DNA of 64,000 bases from an uncultured delta proteobacterium (lineage in GTDB: Bacteria > Desulfobacterota > Binatia > UBA9968). The notes below the pieces were generated by a model. It did not search any database, was not told where the DNA came from, and saw only the letters and a program-made list of their open reading frames with translations. The DNA lies in the NCBI GenBank assembly GCA_963804165.1, contig CAWDPO010000002.1, positions 192,001-256,000 on the forward strand, given 5' to 3'. Within the stretch, counting starts at the first letter, position 1. Each line of letters starts with the position of its first letter. A program made the translations under genes and the position numbers. Below are positions 10,177 through 18,941 of this stretch, one piece after another.

Positions 10177-11283
10177 CTAAAATCCGTTCTCAAGAACCCC
10201 CGGCAGCTTTTGCGGGGGAACCCCCGCCAACCCCATTTTCCCCAGCGTCAACCCTTCGCTCCGAAAATCGACACCGAGCCCTGTGGATGCAAGGGTGATC
10301 AACGCATCCATCACCGGCGTTCGCACCCCCAACAATCTGCCGATCTCCGCCATCGGTACGAGCCCGTAACCGACATCTTCTCTAATATATCGGTGATCGA
10401 GGGACGGCGGCGATTTGATCGTGAAATTTGGCTCGCTCTCATGAATCGCCCGGTAGGCCGAGCCTGAGTCTCGCGCTTCGGTCGTGGTCAGGCCGGCTTG
10501 ATGAAAAATATCGACGAAACGTAAAGGTCTGAGACCGAGCGAACGCACAATCGCCAAACGTTCTTTGTCGACTTCGTCGATCCATGCGCCGATTGCCGGC
10601 GTGATTCCCTCACGGTAATAGAGAAAATCGCCGCCGCTATTTTCGATCCAACCCGCGTTGCCGAGCATGCCCGCGGGATGCATCATCGCGTTGATATTCG
10701 AGAAGCCCGTCTCGAGCACATTTTCCGCGGCGACAATGTTTGGAAACACTTCTTGGATCTCTTTGACAAGCTCACCCGTGATTCTCGCGGGAAAGCCGGC
10801 GCAGCGCAGGTTGGTCGTACGCCGGTAAATCTCCACGCTCCCCGGCTCGCGCATGCGACAGATGTACGTGAGCGTCACCGTTTCGCAAAGCCGGATCTTG
10901 GCTTCGCAACCGAACGCTCGCAGTAAGTTGGCGAAGTGAAGCGAACCGCCGGTGTGGCCGGGGTTGAGCAGAATCATTTGGCCGTCGCTGAGATGCTTGG
11001 CCAGACCTTTGGCGAGGTATTCATGAGCGACCGCGGGTGATGCGACAATGATCAAATCGGCGTCGGCGATGGCCGGCGGCAGATGCGGGCTCATGAAGTA
11101 CGGCGTGGCTGACTTTGTGACTCCGTTTTCAACCAGTTCGATTTCACCGCGCTTGGCGAGCTTCGCGATCGTACTCTCGGAACGGGAAAACAACCGTACT
11201 TCATAGCCCCGCAGAGTTAGATCCGCAGCAACGGCGCATCCGCCGTTGCCGGCGCCCAACACTGCAATCTTTTTAATGGCCAT
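10177..11283 (-). CDS. NAD(P)-dependent opine (octopine/nopaline) dehydrogenase family protein
   Basis: Rossmann GAGNGG; NPGHTGG; N.NAMMHP; HRYIREDVGYGLVP. Confidence 0.88.
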   Translation of the reverse strand: MAIKKIAVLGAGNGGCAVAADLTLRGYEVRLFSRSESTIAKLAKRGEIELVENGVTKSATPYFMSPHLPPAIADADLIIVASPAVAHEYLAKGLAKHLSDGQMILLNPGHTGGSLHFANLLRAFGCEAKIRLCETVTLTYICRMREPGSVEIYRRTTNLRCAGFPARITGELVKEIQEVFPNIVAAENVLETGFSNINAMMHPAGMLGNAGWIENSGGDFLYYREGITPAIGAWIDEVDKERLAIVRSLGLRPLRFVDIFHQAGLTTTEARDSGSAYRAIHESEPNFTIKSPPSLDHRYIREDVGYGLVPMAEIGRLLGVRTPVMDALITLASTGLGVDFRSEGLTLGKMGLAGVPPQKLPGVLENGF

Positions 11284-11326
11284 GGAAATCCGAAACGCCG
11301 GGCGCAATGAATTGCGCCCGATGATC

Positions 11327-12481
11327 TTATGAAATGCGGTAGTGCTTCAGCTTATCTTCGTCGAGCTCGATACCGAGCCCTGGTTTGGCGGACACAATCA
11401 CGTCGCCGTCGGCATAATCGAACGGCTCCTGGATAATATCGTCCTGATAATAGATACCGGCGATGCCGCCTTTGCCCTTTCCTTTCGGCGTCGACACCGG
11501 CACGACGCAACCATACGTGACTACGGCGGTCGATGCCGCGAGATGAATGTTCGCGGCGTTGCCGACGCCGGTTTCCACCGAGCCGTTGACGTTGCACTTG
11601 AGTCCCGCCGCTTCAGCAACGGCGGCGACCTTCTTCGCTTTAAACATACCGCCGGGCTTGGTCGTGTAGATGGAAATAATGTCCGCCGCTTTCTTCCGAA
11701 CGATTTCAATCACATCCTGCGCCGTCCAGGCGCTCTCGTCCGCCATGATCGGTGTATCGACGCGGCGCGCCACTTCGGCCATCTGATCGATGCCCTCGAC
11801 CGGCTGCTCCATGTAGAGCAGGTTGAACTCTTCCATCGCTCTAATAATCTTCACGGCGGCTTTGGGCGTCGGGTAACCCTGATTGGCGTCGACGCAAATA
11901 TGCAAATCCGGCCCGATCGCTTTACGAATCCGTCGAACCACGTCGACGTCGCGCTGTTCATCGACGCCACCTTTGAGTTTGATCGTCTTCACGCCCTCAG
12001 TCTTCACCTGCAGCGCCTCTTCCACAGCTTTGTCGATTTCCATCAGCCCTAAACTGTGTGCGATGGGCACGCGCTCGCGCACGAGACCACCCAGCAATTG
12101 ATACGCGGGAACTTCGAGCGCCTTGCCGACAACGTCATAAAGCGCAGCATCGATCGCCGCCTTGCAGTACGGGTAACCTTTGACCGCTTTGTCCATCAAC
12201 GCGTGGATCGACTCGAACCGGCGCGGATCTTGGCCGGCCAATGCCGGCGCGAGGATGTCGTTGATAATATAGGCCGTGGTCTGCGGCGTCTCGCCGAAGT
12301 ATTTGCCGTGATCGCCGCCCCAATCTTTCAGTACCGGCGCCTCGCCGAGGCCGGTCAAACCTTCGTCGGTGTGAAGCTTGATAATCACGTACACGCCGAT
12401 CGGCGTCGTCAGACTCGCCCACTGATGCACGCGCCGCGTCGGCAGGCGAATGGGAATTGTTTCGATGGTGGTAATTTTCAT
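11327..12481 (-). CDS. Mandelate racemase/muconate cycloisomerase family enolase
   Basis: KLK, VDANQ, EQP, ADES metal ligands; KPGLGIELD. Confidence 0.88.
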   Translation of the reverse strand: MKITTIETIPIRLPTRRVHQWASLTTPIGVYVIIKLHTDEGLTGLGEAPVLKDWGGDHGKYFGETPQTTAYIINDILAPALAGQDPRRFESIHALMDKAVKGYPYCKAAIDAALYDVVGKALEVPAYQLLGGLVRERVPIAHSLGLMEIDKAVEEALQVKTEGVKTIKLKGGVDEQRDVDVVRRIRKAIGPDLHICVDANQGYPTPKAAVKIIRAMEEFNLLYMEQPVEGIDQMAEVARRVDTPIMADESAWTAQDVIEIVRKKAADIISIYTTKPGGMFKAKKVAAVAEAAGLKCNVNGSVETGVGNAANIHLAASTAVVTYGCVVPVSTPKGKGKGGIAGIYYQDDIIQEPFDYADGDVIVSAKPGLGIELDEDKLKHYRIS

Positions 12482-12482
12482 C

Positions 12483-13595
12483 TTAGCCAACTCTCAGCAG
12501 AGTATCCGTCGGTGTGACATCGGAAAGCAACTCACAGCCGTTTTCCGTCACGCAGAACATATCTTTATTTTGCATGCCGAATCGGCCCGGAATATAAAGC
12601 AGCGGTTCGAAGGCGCCGACCATGCCGGCTTCAACGATCTGGTTGCCGTAACGACCCATATAAGGCTCCTCGTGAAGATGCAGCCCAATGCCGTGCGCGA
12701 CAAAGCTGATCGGCTCAAAACCGAGGGCGCTGAATTTTTGCAGAAACTTATGGTAAACCTCCGCGCAGCTCGCGCCGGGTTTGATCAAATCCATGACCAG
12801 ATACTTGCATTCGATCAAGTTCGACCAAATCTTATACTGCTCGGCGCTCGCGTCTCCGACCACAGCGGTTCTACAAACGCCGGTCAGGTAGCCACTCTTC
12901 TGACCGAAGATTTCCATGCGAATCAGATCGCCATGTTTAAGCCTTCGGTCCGTCGGCCCCACGTTGGGAAATTGGCTGCGCTCGCCGGAGGCGATGATCA
13001 TGAGTTTGTAACTCTCCGCGCCGCCGCCGAACAGTGAAGTCAGTAAAGTACCAGCGAGTTCCATTTCGCTCATGCCGATTTTCGCCGAACTGAGCGCCTC
13101 GCCGATGGCCCGATCCGTGAGCTTGCTGAGAGACCGCAGCAGGGCCAGTTCGGTGGACGTCTTGATCTGGCGCGCCCGATCGAAGACCGCATCGGCCGCG
13201 ACCCATTCCAAACCGGGCAGCAGTTTATGCAGCGTCGCAAAGTCCTTGGCCGGCAAAAACGCCATCTCGACGCCCACCCGCGCCTGATTCAAGCCCAAAT
13301 CCGTTATCGCGTCAGCAAGTTTCTCCATGGGATCATCGGAAAACTCGCGATAAATCCTGAGGTCGTCGATCCCGGCATGCGCCTTGACCGTCGTCGCCTC
13401 CATGTCGATGGCGACCATCGCGATCCGTCCGTCCGCCCTAACGATGCATGCCGCATGGCGCCAGCGCATGAGAGCCTGCGAGGGCACGACGAAACCCGAT
13501 ACATAGGTGACATTTTCCGGAGAGATGGCGACGAGCGCATCGAGACTTTGGGCAGCCATGCTCCGGGTGAGACGCGAAATTATTTCCTGGTCCAT
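12483..13595 (-). CDS. M24 (Xaa-Pro/creatinase-fold) family protein
   Basis: Creatinase N-domain, ARQIKT..E, HGIGLHLHEEP, EP. Confidence 0.85.
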   Translation of the reverse strand: MDQEIISRLTRSMAAQSLDALVAISPENVTYVSGFVVPSQALMRWRHAACIVRADGRIAMVAIDMEATTVKAHAGIDDLRIYREFSDDPMEKLADAITDLGLNQARVGVEMAFLPAKDFATLHKLLPGLEWVAADAVFDRARQIKTSTELALLRSLSKLTDRAIGEALSSAKIGMSEMELAGTLLTSLFGGGAESYKLMIIASGERSQFPNVGPTDRRLKHGDLIRMEIFGQKSGYLTGVCRTAVVGDASAEQYKIWSNLIECKYLVMDLIKPGASCAEVYHKFLQKFSALGFEPISFVAHGIGLHLHEEPYMGRYGNQIVEAGMVGAFEPLLYIPGRFGMQNKDMFCVTENGCELLSDVTPTDTLLRVG

Positions 13596-13620
13596 GCTCG
13601 ATTGAGATGATTGAGCGATG

Positions 13621-13649
13621 AGAATATCGACTGGTCCTCAGAGGGTCAA
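13621..13649 (-). promoter_or_regulatory. Putative sigma70 promoter for the minus-strand gene run starting at 13595
   Basis: Minus strand TTGACC-17 bp-TATTCT, 25 bp upstream of ATG 13595. Confidence 0.5.
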
Positions 13650-13660
13650 GCGCTTCGCGC

Positions 13661-14635
13661 CTATGGCGCCGAGCGCTCTTTCGCGAGGGTCATCTCCACC
13701 GGCGCATTGCCTTGATCGTCCATGATTTTCAGCCGAATCTCATTGCCGGCCAATTTTCCCTCATAACGATTTCGCCGCAGCCGCGTCGTGGATCCGGAGA
13801 TCTCTTCAAACCCGACGCTGAATGTAACCGTCTCGCCGACTATTTGACCGCTCTCAATTCCGCGCTTTGCGCCGAGAAAGCTCGCCGTGCCGAAGAGCTT
13901 GTCGCCCTCCGGTTGGAAAAGAAAATGTTCCGTGTATTTTGCCCCCCACGGATAGGCAACCTCGCCCTGCCAAGCACCGGTAAAAGCCGCCGCCTTCGAC
14001 GGCGCCTGTCCGGTCCGGGCAGCCGGCGGCGCGGCATTTTCCTTGCTCGTCTGCCACCACACCGCCAGCGACATCAGCAGGAAAATCAGCGGCACTTTCC
14101 ATACCATCCGGCGCAACAGTTTTTTCCGCAACTCGTCCCTGGCGTCGGAGGCGATGCCCGTCGTCGATTTACCTAGCGCCGGGATTTTTTCGAGCGCCTG
14201 GATCAGCAGATCGACATCTCGCTGAAATTCGTTATCGTTCAAGATCGCGGCATTCTTACCGGCAAGATCTCGCAGATCGTGGCGCAGCTCTTCGGCCCTC
14301 GGCATGCTCGCGCCGCCGACCAAAACCGGGATGACGAGAACGCTGCGCTGCAAGGCAAGCGCCACTTCCATGCCGACAAAGTCATTGGGATCGCTTAAAC
14401 GCAGCTGGCCGTTGGCGGCGCGGGCCGTCAACCAGTTCTTGCCGATCACGGCGAGCAGGGCGTCGCACGAGGCGACTTTGGCGCCGATGTGTGCCGCGAA
14501 ATCCGCTCCCGGGGGGATATCGTCCACGTCCATGAAGATCTGATCCGCGCCGAAACGGCTCGACAGCCGGTCGTACAACCGCCCCGCGTACGGGGCGCTG
14601 TCCTCTCTACGATAGTTGATGAAGATTCCGGACAT
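13661..14635 (-). CDS. TIR-domain protein with TM helix and C-terminal beta-rich extracytoplasmic domain
   Basis: IFINYRREDS, IFMDVDDIPPGADF, DFVGMEVALAL (catalytic Glu position), TM VPLIFLLMSLAVWW. Confidence 0.88.
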   Translation of the reverse strand: MSGIFINYRREDSAPYAGRLYDRLSSRFGADQIFMDVDDIPPGADFAAHIGAKVASCDALLAVIGKNWLTARAANGQLRLSDPNDFVGMEVALALQRSVLVIPVLVGGASMPRAEELRHDLRDLAGKNAAILNDNEFQRDVDLLIQALEKIPALGKSTTGIASDARDELRKKLLRRMVWKVPLIFLLMSLAVWWQTSKENAAPPAARTGQAPSKAAAFTGAWQGEVAYPWGAKYTEHFLFQPEGDKLFGTASFLGAKRGIESGQIVGETVTFSVGFEEISGSTTRLRRNRYEGKLAGNEIRLKIMDDQGNAPVEMTLAKERSAP

Positions 14636-14676
14636 GCGAAAGAAGGGAAAGCTCGACCGACAGGGATCGCAAAGTC

Positions 14677-15675
14677 TTAGAAGCGAAAACTGCCTCGGAT
14701 GGTCGTGCGCAGCCCGTCAACGGTCGGTACGCCGTATCTACGATCGAGCAGATTGCCGGATCGATCGAAAAAGACCAAGGTTGTTTCGCGCACGCCGAAA
14801 CGACCTGCAAATTGTTGACCCTCGGCTGAACTCAAGTCGACCATCAGAAACGCAATTCGATCTGCAAATTCCGGACGGAGCACGTCGACGACGTGCTTTA
14901 GCTGCACGCAATGGTCTCAGCCGGGGCTGTAGACCTGCACGATCGTGGGATATCTGCCGATGGCGTCAAAGCCGGCGTAATTCAGCGCGTTGACGACCGG
15001 GACCGGTTGCGACGGGATAACCGGCAGGTCAGGCTGCTCCGACTGTTGCTCATACAGACTCACCATGACACCGATAACACCCGCGGCCACCACCCAACCG
15101 ATGTGCTTCTTTTGTTTCCACCAGGGAGTCTTATCTGAATCCTTTTTGAGCCGAGGACCGAGGAACGACTCCAGGGATTGCACCAGTTGATCGACGTCGA
15201 ACTCCCATCTACGATCGCTCAATTCATACGCCTGACGACGGGCGAGGGTTTGGAGCTCGACGGGCAACTGCTCCGCCTTCGGCATCGCCGCGCCGCCGAC
15301 CAGAACGGGAATCACCCGCGTGTTGCGTGTGAGCGCCGTGCCAATTTCCAAACGAATAAAATCATTGGAATCATCGAGACGCCGGCGGCCTTCACCATCC
15401 TTGGCGGACAACCAATTCGGGCCGATGATGGCCAAGAGCACCGGACACTGACTAACGGCTCGATTCAGAGCGTCGACAAAATCCGCTCCCGGCTCAATGG
15501 TTTCGATATCGCGAAAGGTGCGATTAGGGCCAAAGAACTTCTTCAGATCGTCGGTCAAACGCCCGGCGTCGCCCCGAGAATCGTCTCTTCTATAACTGAT
15601 GAAGATACGCGGGCTGTTTTTGCTTTTGTCGCCGAAGATCCGGTCCAACCCAAGCATTTCTAGAAGCGTGCTCAT
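14677..15675 (-). CDS. TIR-TM-thioredoxin-like protein, candidate selenoprotein (in-frame TGA at 14917-14919, UxxC motif)
   Basis: ORFs 14917-15675 and 14677-14907 are in the same frame: ...VQVYSPG-TGA-D-H-C-VQLKHVV...; Trx-like C-terminus; hairpin 20-38 nt after the TGA. Confidence 0.8.
14879..14897 (-). promoter_or_regulatory. Candidate bacterial SECIS element
   Basis: AGCACGUC-GUC-GACGUGCU: perfect 8-bp stem, loop begins with GU at +28 from the UGA. Confidence 0.6.
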
Positions 15676-15806
15676 CGAGAATCTCCATCGCGTACCGCTA
15701 AACTCCTCGCCTTAATCATGGCAGATCCGTTCAATCTACCGTAGGGAGATCGCGCTCCGCTCGTATTCTGACCCAGCAGTTTGTTGAATAAGTCGTTGGT
15801 CCTTTG

Positions 15807-16009
15807 CCGTCACACCGGCGAAAGCCTGTATCCATGTGTCTTTGAAATTTCTCGCCGCAAATCTCCCCTTCCCCTCTTTAGCAAAAGAGGGCTCAGAATC
15901 GCACGGAGAAAATTCTCCCTTTGAAAAGGGAACCAAGGAGGATTTGAGTTCACCTCGGTTGCTGCCATCGTTTGGACTCTTTAAACGAACTTCTAAGACG
16001 TCACACGAG
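15807..16009. repeat. Degenerate/chimeric copy of the CTAG-MITE family
   Basis: 15859-16009 matches the 3' part of 25209-25414; 15807-15850 resembles the interior of 50817-50981. Confidence 0.65.
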
Positions 16010-16161
16010 TTCGTCCATTGATCATTTTCATTTCAAAGAATTTGATCCCAATGCTCGTGCAGGTATTATTATACAGATTTTTCTGAGCGGTGGGGTAGTT
16101 TTTTAAGGAAAGGATATCGCGCCGATCAATCCCATCGTGATTCACATCGATACGACGTGCC

Positions 16162-17139
16162 CTACTTCCCGCCGGCTTCGCGCTTCACGTCCCTCAGCAA
16201 GCGAAAATCGACGACCTTGTCCACCGGAATCTCGCCGATATTTTTCTCCATCCGCCGGATCAGCTCGAAATGGATCTTGAGCTGCTTTTCGCCGATGATG
16301 CCGTCCTCGTTGAGCGCCTTGACGATCGCTTGATAAGATCCTTTGGCGATTTCGGAATCGACTTTCCATTCTTTTTGGATCACCCCGATCGTGCCCTCGG
16401 GATTTTCTTTGGCGTAACGCAGGCCTCGATACAGCGCTCTGACGACTTTCTTTACTTCCTGCGGATGTTCCTTGATGCGTTGCTCGGTCGTGGTGTAGCC
16501 GTTGCTCGCGAATTCGACGACGTCTCCGACAAACGATACTTCGTTATAACCTTCCCGTCTCAGTACGGCGACGGCCGGCACGGGAACGATGATCGCGCTG
16601 ACCGATCCGGCTCGCAGTGCCGCCATGCGTGTTCCCTCGGCGCCGATCTGAATGAGCAACGCATCACGCTCCGGTTCGACGCCGAAATGCTTCAGCGCCA
16701 AACGCGCCGAGAGATCGGAAGTACCGCCGAACTGGCTGACCCCCACTCGCTTGCCCTTGAGCTCAGCGACCGAGCGAATGTCTTTTTGCGCCACCAGATA
16801 GTACATCGGCCGGTTGGCGCCGTAGAAGATCGCTTTCAAAGGCATTCCGCGCGCCGCCAGCCGCAACCCCGAATCGGCCAATCCGTGATAATGTACTTCG
16901 CCTGCCAGAAGAGCATTTTGCGCCATCGCCGGAACCAGTCTCGGCAGTTCGATTTCGATCCCTTCGTCTTTGAAAAATCCCCTATGAACCGCGACGAACA
17001 GCGGCAAATAGCCCATCGAATTGCCCGGCAGCGCGAACTTGATGGCATCGGCGGCCGACGCTGAACGATTCGAACCTGGAACATGAACGGCGACGACCAA
17101 GGCGGCGATCACAAGATAGCGAGAAAAAAATCCGTGCAT
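16162..17139 (-). CDS. NMT1/THI5-like substrate-binding protein
   Basis: GFFKDEGIE, SVAELKGKRVGVS, FGVEPERD. Confidence 0.88.
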   Translation of the reverse strand: MHGFFSRYLVIAALVVAVHVPGSNRSASAADAIKFALPGNSMGYLPLFVAVHRGFFKDEGIEIELPRLVPAMAQNALLAGEVHYHGLADSGLRLAARGMPLKAIFYGANRPMYYLVAQKDIRSVAELKGKRVGVSQFGGTSDLSARLALKHFGVEPERDALLIQIGAEGTRMAALRAGSVSAIIVPVPAVAVLRREGYNEVSFVGDVVEFASNGYTTTEQRIKEHPQEVKKVVRALYRGLRYAKENPEGTIGVIQKEWKVDSEIAKGSYQAIVKALNEDGIIGEKQLKIHFELIRRMEKNIGEIPVDKVVDFRLLRDVKREAGGK

Positions 17140-17169
17140 TCTATGAATCTCCTCAAGGCTGCAAAAGCT

Positions 17170-17731
17170 TCACTTCGTGTTACCCGCCTGTGACAGCGCA
17201 TCGGTCGGATTGAATTGAAACTGAAACGGGATTTCCTTGCTGTCGATCGGCAAGCGATAGTGATCGGGATCTTCATAGCTGTAGCAATCGCTGACGAGGT
17301 TGAGCAAGATGCTCGGCGCGCTCGCGACGTTCTGCACGCCGTGCCAAACACCGGCCGGCACCGTAACCAGCGCGGGCCGCACGCCACCGAAACGGAACTG
17401 GTTCAACTGGCCGTGGGTTGAAGAACCTTGCCGCGCATCATAGAGCACGATCAGCACTCGCCCATAGGCAGCAAACAACCGATCGGTCGTCTTGGCATGG
17501 GCGTGCCACGCCGATACCGCGCCCGGTTCGAGCATCGTTTGAAACACCTGAGCGACGTTTCCCGGCACCATGTGCCAATCGTCAGGTTCGGTCAAGTAAC
17601 CGCGGCTGGTGACGACGTTCTTAACTTCGACTACGGACGACGCCGTCGATCAAGTGTTGATCGACAATTTGCCAGTCGCGGGTCACGCTTTGCCGGTCCT
17701 TGACCATCCCCGGCAGTGTCCAGTTTTGCAC
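17170..17731 (-). CDS. dTDP-4-dehydrorhamnose 3,5-epimerase (RmlC)-like cupin, frameshifted near 17637
   Basis: GTG 17731 frame (LPGMVKDRQSVT..LIDGVV) continues in a shifted frame as VEVKNVVTSRGYLTE...SAWHAH...VPAGVWHG. Confidence 0.7.
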
Positions 17732-17732
17732 G

Positions 17733-18743
17733 TTATTTCTTTGATTCATGAGTTATGCTCCGAGTATCGTTTAATCCGCGGCGCCGCAAGGATTCGAGTC
17801 CCCGCAGCCGGCGCAATTCGTCGATCACCGCGCCTTTGCCCCGTCCTTTGAGCCGTGCTCTGATGGCGCGCGGATGCACCCCCAGCCACAATGCCGGGAG
17901 GTAAATTAATTTCCGCAGGGCTCGAATAAAACTGAAATGTATCTTTGGCGCAACCGCCCGCCCCGTCAATTGCAGCGCGATTTGCGCGAGTATCTGTTCG
18001 CGAAAACGGGGATTGTCGCGCATTTGCTGCGCGTAATAGGCGTTTTCGTAGTCTTCGCGAAGGCGATAGACGTCCTGCCGCGCGCCGGATTGCACCGCTA
18101 GAACGCTGACGCCGTGCGTGGATCGCAATTTCTTTCCAGCGCGAACAGCGCGGAAAAGAAAATCTTGCGACGATTCGATGACGCACTCCATCGCGGGTCG
18201 CCATGGACCGATGGATTCGACCAGCGAACGCTGCAGCAACCACGACGACGCGGGCGCAAATACATAGGGCTCATAACGGTCGGAGCCACTGACCCCCAGT
18301 AATCGGAAGCGCCAGTCATTGCCCGCCAATTGTTCGGGTGTTCGTCGCGCCGCGGCCGCCGTGGTGGCAAACACCAAGTCGGCATTGGTCTTTTCCAAAC
18401 ATTGCCGGCAAGTGTCGAGATGATCGGGAAAATAAAAATCGTCGTGGTTCAAATAAGCGATATATTTCCCGCGCGCCAACTTGAAGCCTTCGTTATTGGG
18501 ACCGGACTGTTCGCCGAAATTGCTTGTCAGGTTGTGGAAGCGAATGCGATTGTCTCCGAACGATGCAACCACCTCTTCGGTGTCGTCGGTGCAGGCATCG
18601 CCGATCACCAGCAACTCCCAATCGGCAAACTCTGATCGAAGCACGCTCTCGATGCTATAGCGCAATACGTTGCTGCGGTTATAGGTGGCGGTGATCACAC
18701 TGATAGCCGGCCGCGGCTGTGTAACGGTCATCTTTTCAATCAC
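17733..18743 (-). CDS. Glycosyltransferase family 2
   Basis: ISVITATYNR, GDACTD, ARGKYIAYLNHDD. Confidence 0.9.
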   Translation of the reverse strand: MIEKMTVTQPRPAISVITATYNRSNVLRYSIESVLRSEFADWELLVIGDACTDDTEEVVASFGDNRIRFHNLTSNFGEQSGPNNEGFKLARGKYIAYLNHDDFYFPDHLDTCRQCLEKTNADLVFATTAAAARRTPEQLAGNDWRFRLLGVSGSDRYEPYVFAPASSWLLQRSLVESIGPWRPAMECVIESSQDFLFRAVRAGKKLRSTHGVSVLAVQSGARQDVYRLREDYENAYYAQQMRDNPRFREQILAQIALQLTGRAVAPKIHFSFIRALRKLIYLPALWLGVHPRAIRARLKGRGKGAVIDELRRLRGLESLRRRGLNDTRSITHESKK

Positions 18744-18803
18744 TGCGCGTTCGTTTCTCCGCAGTTTGCCACGTAACTATACTATTCCAGTCCTTCTTGG
18801 AGT

Positions 18804-18881
18804 CCGTCATTCCCGAATGCTTCAATCGGGAATCCAGGCGAGTCGGGAATTGGACCCCCGATTAAACCATTCGAGGGCGAC
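18804..18881. repeat. CCGTCATTCCCG..CGGGAATCCAG REP-like palindrome pair
   Basis: Same family at 26703-26773 and inside 50817-50981. Confidence 0.6.
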
Positions 18882-18941
18882 TTCTATGGGATATATTTCA
18901 TCTTATATTCATGAAAGGGCCGCCGAGCCATAGATCCGACG

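Noticed and set aside
13661-15675. Thoeris system
   Set aside because: No ThsA (SIR2/SLOG or Macro) gene adjacent, and both TIR proteins are membrane-anchored
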